Below are positions 7,911 through 15,766 of a stretch of 19,503 bases of DNA, piece by piece (the stretch's first letter is position 1; each line of letters opens with the position of its first letter). The position numbers and the translations under genes were made by a program. Below the pieces are notes generated by a model that worked only from the letters and a program-made list of their open reading frames with translations, searched no databases and had not been told where the DNA came from. The DNA comes from an uncultured Verrucomicrobiales bacterium (GTDB lineage: Bacteria > Verrucomicrobiota > Verrucomicrobiia > Verrucomicrobiales > DEV007), in assembly GCA_938091905.1 (NCBI GenBank), contig CALKOM010000149.1:1-19503 (forward strand), in the 5' to 3' direction.

Positions 7911-10594
7911 TGGTATTCAAGGGTGAGGGTGGAAGCTTCTTGACGTAGCGATAGGGGGATCAAGACTTCTCCAGGCTCGCCTTCACGCACCAGACCTTCG
8001 TGGTTGCTGATGATTCGCAACTGGAGCCGATCAACAACGAATGAGCCATCGGGCTTCTTGCTGATCGATTTTCCAGAGGCGGCCCGAAAGTAGAAGAGCG
8101 ACTGCGTCTTGGGAGTGTCGAAATTGAATGTCCGTTTGAAAACCGCTACACCATCCTTAGTGAGTGTATCCTCAAAGAAGTCCTCCACCCTGATGTCGCC
8201 GTAATGATAGAGAAATGTGGGTCTTCGCAGCGCATCCAAGTGGTAACCGCGAAACTGATAACCGTGATCGTGTGGGAATGTGTGATCCGTTTTTCCTTTG
8301 TAAGGCCAGTCGTCATCCATCGACTTCAAGCGATGAAAGGGAATGCCAGCTGGAAAGGGCACTCGATCGCTACCACGTGAACGGAAAGATCCATGATTCA
8401 CACTCACGAAGTCACCTTTCCAAAGCAGGCGCAGGGCCATCTCCTCAGAATCAAACGCTAAGTTGATCCGCTCTGGGTAGCCCACGCCGATTCCACGGTA
8501 ACCAGCGGTGCCCCGACCTCGGGCAATCTCCGCGACATCAGTGACTCGCAGTTCGTTTGATTGACGAGACAAGCCTTTCGGTTTCTTTGCTCGGGTTCCA
8601 TCTTCCAGGTACGACCAAAGGGCCTCGATCTGCTGAGCACTGTTGCCTTGGAGAATGTTAGGCCGGATCGACTGTCCGCCAGGCCAGTAGCTAGGCATGA
8701 TTACCAAGGAGTGAAAGCGTGCTGGGTTCCGCATGTAGAGGTGAAACCAGTTTTTCTGCAAGCGTTCGGTCACATGCACGATATCGAGAGCGCCCGCTCC
8801 GCCAGCTTCTTGCCCATTAAAGTCATGGCAGGCGATGCAACTAAAGCCGTCCGTTCCAATCATTTCATAGCCAGCCGTCTTGGATTCCTGAATGTTGGCG
8901 ATGTCAGGGAACGTCACTTCTTCTAAGGCATCGACCTTTCCAAACAACTCTACCAAATGCCCGACATTCGCCTCACCATATTGCGGCATGCTCGCATCGA
9001 GGTAAGGGCGCTGTCTTTTCCCATGCAATAACACTTCCGCGATCCACTCAGGCTTCAACTTCGCTCCAACGTGAGACAGTGGCGGAGGAAGCCGCCCCTG
9101 ATTTCCCAAGGCTGGCCGAGATCCAGTGAAGTAGGCATTCCGCTCTTGTGCGATCCCCCCCAAGCCATCGCGATCGTGACAGGCGATGCAGTTGAACGTA
9201 ACGAGTGTTTTCTCGAGCTGTTGTCGCTCATCAAGCTGCCGCTGCTCGATGCTAGGCAGCGTCTTGGCGATCAAGGCTCGCTGTTCCGTATTCAGATCAA
9301 AGTGCGGCCAGGCTCCGGTTGTCTCGCTCAGACATCCACGGGCCAGATTGAGTTGTGAAAACGCCAGACTGGGTTCGGCCGGCACGCGCACATCGTCGTG
9401 GCAGTTCGCGCATCCAAAGGTAGCGAAGTGCTGCCGTCCTTGTGCGGCAAGCTTAGCATCGACCTGTGGGGATTTAAAGGCCGGTATGGCGTCATTCGAC
9501 ACCGACAACATGGATGACGGGATCGCCTGCCGCTCGAACTCCGGCCCCTCCATCTCAAAGGCAAAGGTCGGATCTCGCCCCGTGTGAAAATACGTTAATT
9601 GAATCCTCTGCTTTCCCTTTTGCAGATTCACCGTGCCGCTAAAGTCCTTGGGGCGACGACGGTTGCTCGGCTCTTCACTAACGATTTGCTTCCCGTCGAT
9701 GAGTAGTGATCCTCCGTTCATCTGCAGGAAGAAGGTATAGCTCCCGGTCTGGGAAACGTTCAGCCAACCGCTATACTCAATCGCCGTCTGATGGTGAACT
9801 TTACCAAGACTCTCCAACGCAAAGTCCGCCACGTGTCCAGCGCGCTCCGCCTCAACCTTGTCGCTATCCAGCCCTTCCCAAACCTGGCCGCGATGCATGG
9901 TGAAGGCGAGATTGCCAGGCACGCGTGTATCCCGTAGCAGGTAATGGGCGATGCGTTCAGGATCCTTCCCTGACAGACGCATGTCAGGCATACGCCCAGA
10001 AGGCCTGACAGAATGCGGGCGTCTCAGAAAGTCAATCAGGCTGTTCACGCTATACTTTTTATCCAAAGCACCAAGCGGTGCCGAAGAGGTCGGGAGTGTT
10101 TCCGTTCCATTGGCATCGCGGGGCGAATGACAAGCAACGCACCCCCTGGAATGAAACAGACGTTCACCATGCTGCGAGGCCACTGCATCCGGTGGCTGGA
10201 GCGAGAACCCATTCCCTTTCAAAGACAAAAGGAAATGCGTGAGTGCTTCCGCAGAGTCCGCCTTCTCATTGTCGCTCAGTTGCGCGAGAACATCCGGCAT
10301 CGTTGTGCCAGGCTTGGTGCCATGCGGATCACGTAGAAAGGATTCGAGATACCCCGGATTCACCCGCGAGCCAACTGCTGACAGCCGCGGCGCCTTCTTT
10401 GAACTGCTTGCAAATCGTGCCTCACTTTGGTGACAGGCCACACAATTCAGTTCCTCGATGAGGACCGATCCCTGAGATTCAGGGTCGAGCTGGCTGGAGG
10501 TCAATCCAGGAATAATCACCTGCGCAATGGTAGGCGGAGCAATTCCGATCAGCAGCGAAACTCCAAAGGAAAGCAGTAGGACGAATTTGATCAC
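7904..10594 (-). CDS. Secreted pentaheme c-type cytochrome with internal PA14 domain
   Basis: 896 aa, GTG start, signal peptide. Five CxxCH motifs: CVACH 10430-10444, CVACH 10127-10141, CANCH 9398-9412, CIACH 9176-9190 and CIACH 8825-8839. Class-I-like distal Met motifs: PGTTMP, PSGRMP, ASMP and IMP. A PA14-like segment (AIEYSGWLNVSQTGSYTFFL...LLIDGK...VNLQKGKQRIQLTYF) lies between hemes 2 and 3. Confidence 0.9.
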   Translation of the reverse strand: MIKFVLLLSFGVSLLIGIAPPTIAQVIIPGLTSSQLDPESQGSVLIEELNCVACHQSEARFASSSKKAPRLSAVGSRVNPGYLESFLRDPHGTKPGTTMPDVLAQLSDNEKADSAEALTHFLLSLKGNGFSLQPPDAVASQHGERLFHSRGCVACHSPRDANGTETLPTSSAPLGALDKKYSVNSLIDFLRRPHSVRPSGRMPDMRLSGKDPERIAHYLLRDTRVPGNLAFTMHRGQVWEGLDSDKVEAERAGHVADFALESLGKVHHQTAIEYSGWLNVSQTGSYTFFLQMNGGSLLIDGKQIVSEEPSNRRRPKDFSGTVNLQKGKQRIQLTYFHTGRDPTFAFEMEGPEFERQAIPSSMLSVSNDAIPAFKSPQVDAKLAAQGRQHFATFGCANCHDDVRVPAEPSLAFSQLNLARGCLSETTGAWPHFDLNTEQRALIAKTLPSIEQRQLDERQQLEKTLVTFNCIACHDRDGLGGIAQERNAYFTGSRPALGNQGRLPPPLSHVGAKLKPEWIAEVLLHGKRQRPYLDASMPQYGEANVGHLVELFGKVDALEEVTFPDIANIQESKTAGYEMIGTDGFSCIACHDFNGQEAGGAGALDIVHVTERLQKNWFHLYMRNPARFHSLVIMPSYWPGGQSIRPNILQGNSAQQIEALWSYLEDGTRAKKPKGLSRQSNELRVTDVAEIARGRGTAGYRGIGVGYPERINLAFDSEEMALRLLWKGDFVSVNHGSFRSRGSDRVPFPAGIPFHRLKSMDDDWPYKGKTDHTFPHDHGYQFRGYHLDALRRPTFLYHYGDIRVEDFFEDTLTKDGVAVFKRTFNFDTPKTQSLFYFRAASGKSISKKPDGSFVVDRLQLRIISNHEGLVREGEPGEVLIPLSLRQEASTLTLEYQW

Positions 10595-10606
10595 GAGCTG
10601 AGCTTA

Positions 10607-10611
10607 CTCCT
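10607..10611 (-). promoter_or_regulatory. Possible Shine-Dalgarno (AGGAG) for the cytochrome gene
   Basis: AGGAG on the minus strand, 12 nt upstream of the GTG at 10594. The spacing is somewhat long. Confidence 0.4.
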
Positions 10612-10728
10612 ACTTTGTTGGAACTCCATTTAGTTTAATGTAGCTTGGGCTCCCAGCACGAGTCGGGGTCTGGAAGGCCCACTACCATAAGAAATACCTT
10701 TATTTGTGTCAGCCGTATCTGGTCTGAT

Positions 10729-11960
10729 TTACCACAGAGGCAATCGGGTTGGTGTTGGCCAACGGATGGGGGAAAGCAGCACGTCGCCCGTGTAGCCTTT
10801 GCGCGGCATCATCTCGCCTGCAGTGACTCACTAGTCGTCCGGACTCGCGTCCGTGACGTTAAAGTTGTCCATAAATGCGACATCTTCAGGGGCATTATCG
10901 CCGTGACCGACAAGCGGAAGTACGATCTTCTCAGTCGATCTCCGCAATCGGTGGTTCTCCGTATCAACCTTCCTCATCCACCAGGGGGCCCGCCAGCGTT
11001 TCACTTTCTCATTGGAATCATCTTTATGGGTGTAGACGAGAAAGAGCCCATCACTATGCATCAGTCAATGTGGTTGCGTTGACGAGCTCTCGAGTGGCCT
11101 GCCATCTTCCCAACACCAAGCCTTCTTCGGAGCCACTTGAGCCCATCGTCACTCACACTGAGATAGCCTCGATCATCTTGAGCCCGAATCGTGATCCAGA
11201 AAAGGGTGACCGAATGGCGTGATGCTGGGCTCTAACAAACCGCGAACTTTCGGGTTCTTTAGAGGAGGTCCTACGTCCCGCACCTTCAAGTCCTTACCAT
11301 CCAAGCCCGCTCGAACGCACGCCACCAATCGATCCAATGGCCCAGGCCAAAAGGTGAAGGGCGCTTGCACATCATCACTTGGCGAGACAACGCGCTGACC
11401 GCAGTTGTTGGAATCGTGGGAAGAGCCCGGTGGATCTTCCCACTCGAAAATCCTCCTTTCCGACTAGCGGCTGTCCTTGGAACGCACTGCGTAGAGGTTG
11501 TAACGCTTCAGTTGCTCCTTTCTCGCAAAATAGTCTCCTTTGTAAAAAGCCACATGCCCTAATGCTAGCACGGATTGTGTTTAAGGATGATACTGCGGTG
11601 TCCCGTCGCCTACAGCCGCCTTCAAGGAGTCGTCGCGGTCGTGAATAGAGTATCTATGAAGGGGCGCAATGGGTTCGGGATCACTTCACTTCTTTCCGAC
11701 GTCCTCAGAGATGGACCAATGCACCTGACCAAAGAAGTTCGAGCCTCCGATTTCCTGTAGGATCATCAGAGCGATGGACACTCCTTTGGGCTCGGCATTA
11801 GACGAAGGCGTGAATGAAACCAGGTGCGAGTTTTGCCAACCCCATGACGCCACACCGTCTCATTGGAAATGAATGTTCATTAGTTGTGGCTCTCCCGTTA
11901 CCTTGGCTTTCTCTGCAACCCCGATGATCATGAGAGATCCAAAAAGGCGAGCGAGCGCGT
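10729..11960 (-). pseudogene. Pseudogene of an Asp-box/BNR-repeat beta-propeller (sialidase-family) protein
   Basis: The reconstructed chain reads ISNETVWRHGVGKTRTWFHSR / IALMILQEIGGSNFFGQVHWSISEDVGKK*SDP...PQYHP*TQSVLALGHVAFYKGDYFARKEQ...SNNCGQRVV...RGLLEPSIT / FWITIRAQDDRGYLSVSDDGLKW / AWCWEDG...QPH*LMHSDGLFLVYT...DNFNVTDASPDD**VTAGEMMP...GDVLLSPIRWPTPTRLPLW*, ending at TAA 10729-10731. Two Asp-box-like motifs, six in-frame stops (11686, 11581, 11464, 11065, 10831, 10828) and about four frameshifts. The 5' boundary is approximate. Confidence 0.85.
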
Positions 11961-12061
11961 ATAACTCCCAGATTATTCCCAACCTCGACCCGGGCCTCTC
12001 CGCCCCCAGCACATTTACTAGACACACACTCACAATGTTTGAAGGCCGCCTACTTATCAGG

Positions 12062-12086
12062 TTGACAATCATTGTCAGATTGTGAG
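12062..12086. promoter_or_regulatory. Perfect 7-1-7 palindrome TGACAAT-C-ATTGTCA overlapping a consensus -35 hexamer TTGACA; candidate operator of the RND operon
   Basis: Palindrome at 12063-12077 and TTGACA at 12062-12067. Extra half-sites: ATTGTGA at 12079-12085 and its inverse TCACAAT at 12030-12036. It lies about 40 bp upstream of the likely ATG. No clear -10 hexamer was found. Confidence 0.6.
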
Positions 12087-12117
12087 CATCAGTAATGATG
12101 AGATTTGTCTTCAGCCC

Positions 12118-14700
12118 ATGATGGGGTTCCTGAAAGCGGCCAGCCGCTCGGAAAGCTCGAACATTTCCCGGCTCTGTGCAGGTATTGCGTTCGTGCTGAT
12201 GGGTGTGATCCAAGCTCAAGAGTTCGAGTCTGCTTCGAAACCTCCGGCTCCTGAATTGGCGTTGCCTGTCTATAGAGTTGCGGTGGTGAAGGACGGAGAT
12301 TCCTGGTACTTCGATGCAGCGGTAGAGCGGCTCGAAGCCGAGCTAACGGCTTTAGCAGAGAATCGCTACACGTTTGAGGTTGAGACTCTGAACGCGGGGC
12401 ACGATCCTGTGAAAGTGCGTGCGTTGTTGCTCCAAGCCTCGGCTGATCCCATGGTCAACGTCATCTATGCCTCGGGGGTGATGGCTACAGAGAACGCCAA
12501 GCGTATGACGGATGCGGAGCGTACGAAGCCGATTATGGCCGGCGCTGTGCAGTTTTCCGATATCGGGGGACTCATCTCAGAGGGGACCTCGACAGTGGCA
12601 AACTTCACTTTTATTACCGAGCCCAAACGCGTAACTGCTGATCTGGAGCTACTCAAGCGGCTTACTGATACCTCAACGATTCATATCGCGATCGATCGAT
12701 TGATATACGGTGAACTAGACAGTCTTGAACAGGCACGGGCGATCTTGGAGCGGGGTAAGGGTTTGCGGGTCATGTTTCATCCGTTTGATCCGACTGTTGA
12801 AAACGCTTTACGGGCAATCCCAACGGACGCCAAAGCCATCTACATGGGCGTGCAGCCACGGCTAGAGGTCACTGCACGCAAGACCCTCTACCAGAAGCTC
12901 GCGGAAAGAGGTGCGGTGACGGTCTCAATGATGGGGATTGAAGAAGTAAAGCTTGGTGCCCTTGCTGGACTGGCCCCAAACAACAACGCGGCAATCTCTC
13001 GGCTCGCCGCGTTGAACATCCACCAGTTGTTACAAGGGGTGTCGGCCGTTAATTTGCCGGTTTACTTACCCGTGCAAGATCAGCTCGTCATCAATGCGAC
13101 CGCAGCGAAGACCGCTGGTTGGTCACCCACCTATGAACTAGCGTTGGAGGCAAATTTTCTCAATCGGGACGGTATCGTTGACGGGGCCCCCATCACGCTG
13201 GAGAAGGCCATGCAATGGGCCGCTAAAAATAATGCCGATGTTATTGTCGCTCAGGAAGAAGAACGGATTCGCCAACAAGATACGCTGATCGCGCGCAGTG
13301 CTCTGTTGCCTCAAGCGAGCTTCGAAGCAACCGGCAGTGGAACTAGTTTATCTGATAAAATATCCGCGATGTCTCCAGACTACTCGCACGCTGGATCCTT
13401 TGGAGCACAACTAAGACAGGTGTTGTTTAACGACGAATTAGCGACCAATGTAAAAGTAAAATGGGAGAGTGCGGTGGCGTCTTCCAAAGATCGTCTATCA
13501 AGTGAGCTCGACGCTATGGATGCAGCCGCCGCCGCTTATCTCAGTGTGCTTACGGCGCGCTCCCTTTATGAGATCGAGAAGGAAAACCTTAGGCTTACTC
13601 AAAATAACCTTCAGCTATCTCGGTTGCGCATCGAGATTGGTTCTGCCGAGCCTTCCGAAGTTTTCCGCTGGGAACAAGACGTTGCACGGGGAAGGGCGGC
13701 CCTGTTCCAGAGAGACACCGATAGGGCGAACGCAGTGGTGGAGTTAAACCGCATTTTAGGAGAGCCGCTCGGATCGCAATGGAACTTTACCGATATTAGA
13801 TTGTTAGACGACGATGACTATTATTTCCTGGACGCTCAAATGAAGTCAATGACAACGCAGGAGCAATTCCAGAGATTCGGTGTCTTCATGCGTTGGCAGG
13901 CGGTAAAGAATTCGCCCGAACTTGCTTCTTTCGATCATTTACTGGGGGCTCAAGGAGAGATTCTAAGCCAGAAACAACGACGTTACTATTTACCCGAAAT
14001 CGCTGCTACTGCGGGAGCGGAACGTGTGGGGAGCGGCAGCGAGCTCTCTGGCACAGATGCGGAGAATCAGCTCGGCATTGGCATCCAATTGAGTTTTCCT
14101 CTCTTTGAGGGAGGCCGGCGAAAGGCGGACATTCTTAGGCAGCAGGCCTCGATTCGTCAGTTAGCTGCACAACGTATCCGAGCCGTGCAACAAATCGAGC
14201 AGCGCACACTCACGGCCTATAACAATCTTGGTGCGGCTCATCCCAACATACTGCTGAGTCGCCGAGCTCTTACCTCGGCACAGAAGAATTACAATGCGGT
14301 GCTTGATAAGTACTCCCAGGGGGTCGCGTCGGTTCTCGATTTGCTCGATGCGCAGTCCGCGCTAGTCGGACAGACCCAGCAGGAGGCCAACGCCGTTTAT
14401 GCCTATCTAACGCAAGTCCATGCTCTCCAACGATCCATAGCTTGGTTCGAGTTCAACAAGACGCCGTCACAAAAGGCACAATTTGAGGCTTTGATGGAAC
14501 GCTCCTTGGCAAGCGAGCAACGGACCGTCCCTGCTCATCAAATCTCGAATGAGGTGCAGATCAGAGCGCAAGCGGCTATCGATGCCGCGCTCCCCGCTCC
14601 AGAGCCTCCGACAATTACACCTTCCAAGAAGGTAATGACACCCACCGTCGTCCCCCCTCAAAAGCGCCGGTTCTTTGAGCGCTTTCGTCGCAAACGTTAG
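12118..14700 (+). CDS. TolC-family outer-membrane efflux protein fused to an N-terminal ABC-type substrate-binding-like periplasmic domain
   Basis: The ORF is open from GTG 12082, but ATG 12118 or 12121 is the more likely start, with signal peptide ...RLCAGIAFVLMGVIQA. About 12270-13170 is an alternating beta/alpha domain resembling ABC_sub_bind proteins (VNVIYASG, ANFTFI, EVKLGALAG, AALNIHQLLQG...LPV...QLVINATAAKTAG). About 13192-14445 holds two OEP repeats (ITLEKAMQWAAKNN, ARSALLPQ, YYLPEI, LSFPLFEGG, YSQGVASVLDLLDAQ). The tail is Pro-rich and basic. Confidence 0.88.
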   Translation: MMGFLKAASRSESSNISRLCAGIAFVLMGVIQAQEFESASKPPAPELALPVYRVAVVKDGDSWYFDAAVERLEAELTALAENRYTFEVETLNAGHDPVKVRALLLQASADPMVNVIYASGVMATENAKRMTDAERTKPIMAGAVQFSDIGGLISEGTSTVANFTFITEPKRVTADLELLKRLTDTSTIHIAIDRLIYGELDSLEQARAILERGKGLRVMFHPFDPTVENALRAIPTDAKAIYMGVQPRLEVTARKTLYQKLAERGAVTVSMMGIEEVKLGALAGLAPNNNAAISRLAALNIHQLLQGVSAVNLPVYLPVQDQLVINATAAKTAGWSPTYELALEANFLNRDGIVDGAPITLEKAMQWAAKNNADVIVAQEEERIRQQDTLIARSALLPQASFEATGSGTSLSDKISAMSPDYSHAGSFGAQLRQVLFNDELATNVKVKWESAVASSKDRLSSELDAMDAAAAAYLSVLTARSLYEIEKENLRLTQNNLQLSRLRIEIGSAEPSEVFRWEQDVARGRAALFQRDTDRANAVVELNRILGEPLGSQWNFTDIRLLDDDDYYFLDAQMKSMTTQEQFQRFGVFMRWQAVKNSPELASFDHLLGAQGEILSQKQRRYYLPEIAATAGAERVGSGSELSGTDAENQLGIGIQLSFPLFEGGRRKADILRQQASIRQLAAQRIRAVQQIEQRTLTAYNNLGAAHPNILLSRRALTSAQKNYNAVLDKYSQGVASVLDLLDAQSALVGQTQQEANAVYAYLTQVHALQRSIAWFEFNKTPSQKAQFEALMERSLASEQRTVPAHQISNEVQIRAQAAIDAALPAPEPPTITPSKKVMTPTVVPPQKRRFFERFRRKR

Positions 14701-14709
14701 CCTACCCTG

Positions 14710-15762
14710 ATGATCCATACGATCCCATTTCTAATCCTCACAACTACGCTGTTGCTAGTCAGTTGTAACAAAAAAGCCGAGCTGGCGGAACCGCCGTTAC
14801 GCCCAGTCGTGACTTTTACCGTGAAGCCCGCAACTTCTGAAACGACGCGCCGTTTTTCTGGACAGGTTGATTCCGCAGAGGGCACGAGCATCGCCTTCGA
14901 AGTTAGTGGGCGCGTCCTTGAAGTATCCGCAAAGGCTGGACGGAAGTACGAAGCGGAGACTCCATTAGCTCGGATCGACGATACCGATTACCGTAATCAA
15001 TTCAGTGATGCGCAAGCACAATTTACCAATGCTGAGCAGGAGCTGCGCCGCATGCAGCGTCTGTATGTGAGTAAGAATGTTAGCCAGAGTCAGCTCGAGG
15101 CTGCCATCGCGCAGGAACAAAGCGCGCGAGCAAACTTCAAGCGTGCCGAAAAGACGGTGGATGATTGCATCTTAAAGATGCCCTACGCGGGCGTTATTGG
15201 GCTAGTTGATGTTGAGCCTCAGGACGTCATCTCCGCTGGCCAAAGTATGATGACGATTCAGGGAGATGCGGGGTTAGAATTCGAAATCGGTGTTCCTGCC
15301 GAAGATATTGGAAACCTGAATGTGGACATGGTCGCCGCAGTGACGCTGGGCGCCTTTCCCAATAGGTCTTTTCCCGCGAAGATTAGCGAGATCTCACCAC
15401 AGGTTGACAAGAACACCACTTACCCAGTGACGCTCGCTCTTTCAACTGAGAAGACGGACAGGAAAATTGTTCGACCAGGCTTGGATGGCGAGGCCATTCT
15501 GTCCTTACCGAATCCCCTTGGTTCAGTCTTGCGCGTGCCCTCTGCAAGCGTGGCAGCCGCTCCGGATGGTGAGAAATTTGTGTGGATCGTCAAACCTACC
15601 GGTGATCAGACCGGCAAGGTTGAGCGCCGTCCTGTTGAGTCAGGAGATCTTGCCCCCGATAATATGATCGAAATCACCACTGGCGTAGACGTAGGCGATG
15701 TGATCGTCACGCGTGGTGTCTACCAGTTGGATTCTGGAATGGAAGTTGGCCTGAAAAACTAA
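14710..15762 (+). CDS. RND efflux periplasmic adaptor (membrane fusion protein), lipoprotein
   Basis: 350 aa with lipobox LLVS-C. MFP motifs: IAFEVSGRV, coiled-coil hairpin, LKMPYAGVI, VRPGLDG, VPSASV and GDVIVTRG. Confidence 0.95.
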   Translation: MIHTIPFLILTTTLLLVSCNKKAELAEPPLRPVVTFTVKPATSETTRRFSGQVDSAEGTSIAFEVSGRVLEVSAKAGRKYEAETPLARIDDTDYRNQFSDAQAQFTNAEQELRRMQRLYVSKNVSQSQLEAAIAQEQSARANFKRAEKTVDDCILKMPYAGVIGLVDVEPQDVISAGQSMMTIQGDAGLEFEIGVPAEDIGNLNVDMVAAVTLGAFPNRSFPAKISEISPQVDKNTTYPVTLALSTEKTDRKIVRPGLDGEAILSLPNPLGSVLRVPSASVAAAPDGEKFVWIVKPTGDQTGKVERRPVESGDLAPDNMIEITTGVDVGDVIVTRGVYQLDSGMEVGLKN

Positions 15763-15766
15763 CCCA

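Noticed and set aside
10646..10681. Imperfect hairpin TGGGCTCCCAG...CTGGAAGGCCCA upstream of the cytochrome gene (terminator or riboswitch)
   Set aside because: The stem is mismatched, there is no adjacent U-tract on either strand and I recognise no riboswitch consensus. An Rfam/Infernal scan would settle it.
10729..11960. Alternative genetic code or stop readthrough (TGA=Trp) in the sialidase-like gene
   Set aside because: TAA and TAG stops and frameshifts are also present. Intact genes use TGG for Trp and TGA as a true stop (for example the MFS, Fe-ADH and RND genes). Ordinary decay explains it.
12082..12117. GTG start at 12082 for the TolC fusion
   Set aside because: It falls within the palindromic promoter array and would lengthen an already long signal n-region. 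ATG 12118 or 12121 is preferred but not proven.
10645..12219. ORFs 10645-11082, 10875-11222, 11365-11562, 11379-11648, 11575-11760, 11798-12025, 11860-12219 and 11873-12085
   Set aside because: They are antisense or off-frame to the sialidase-like pseudogene or span the promoter region, and show no independent protein features.
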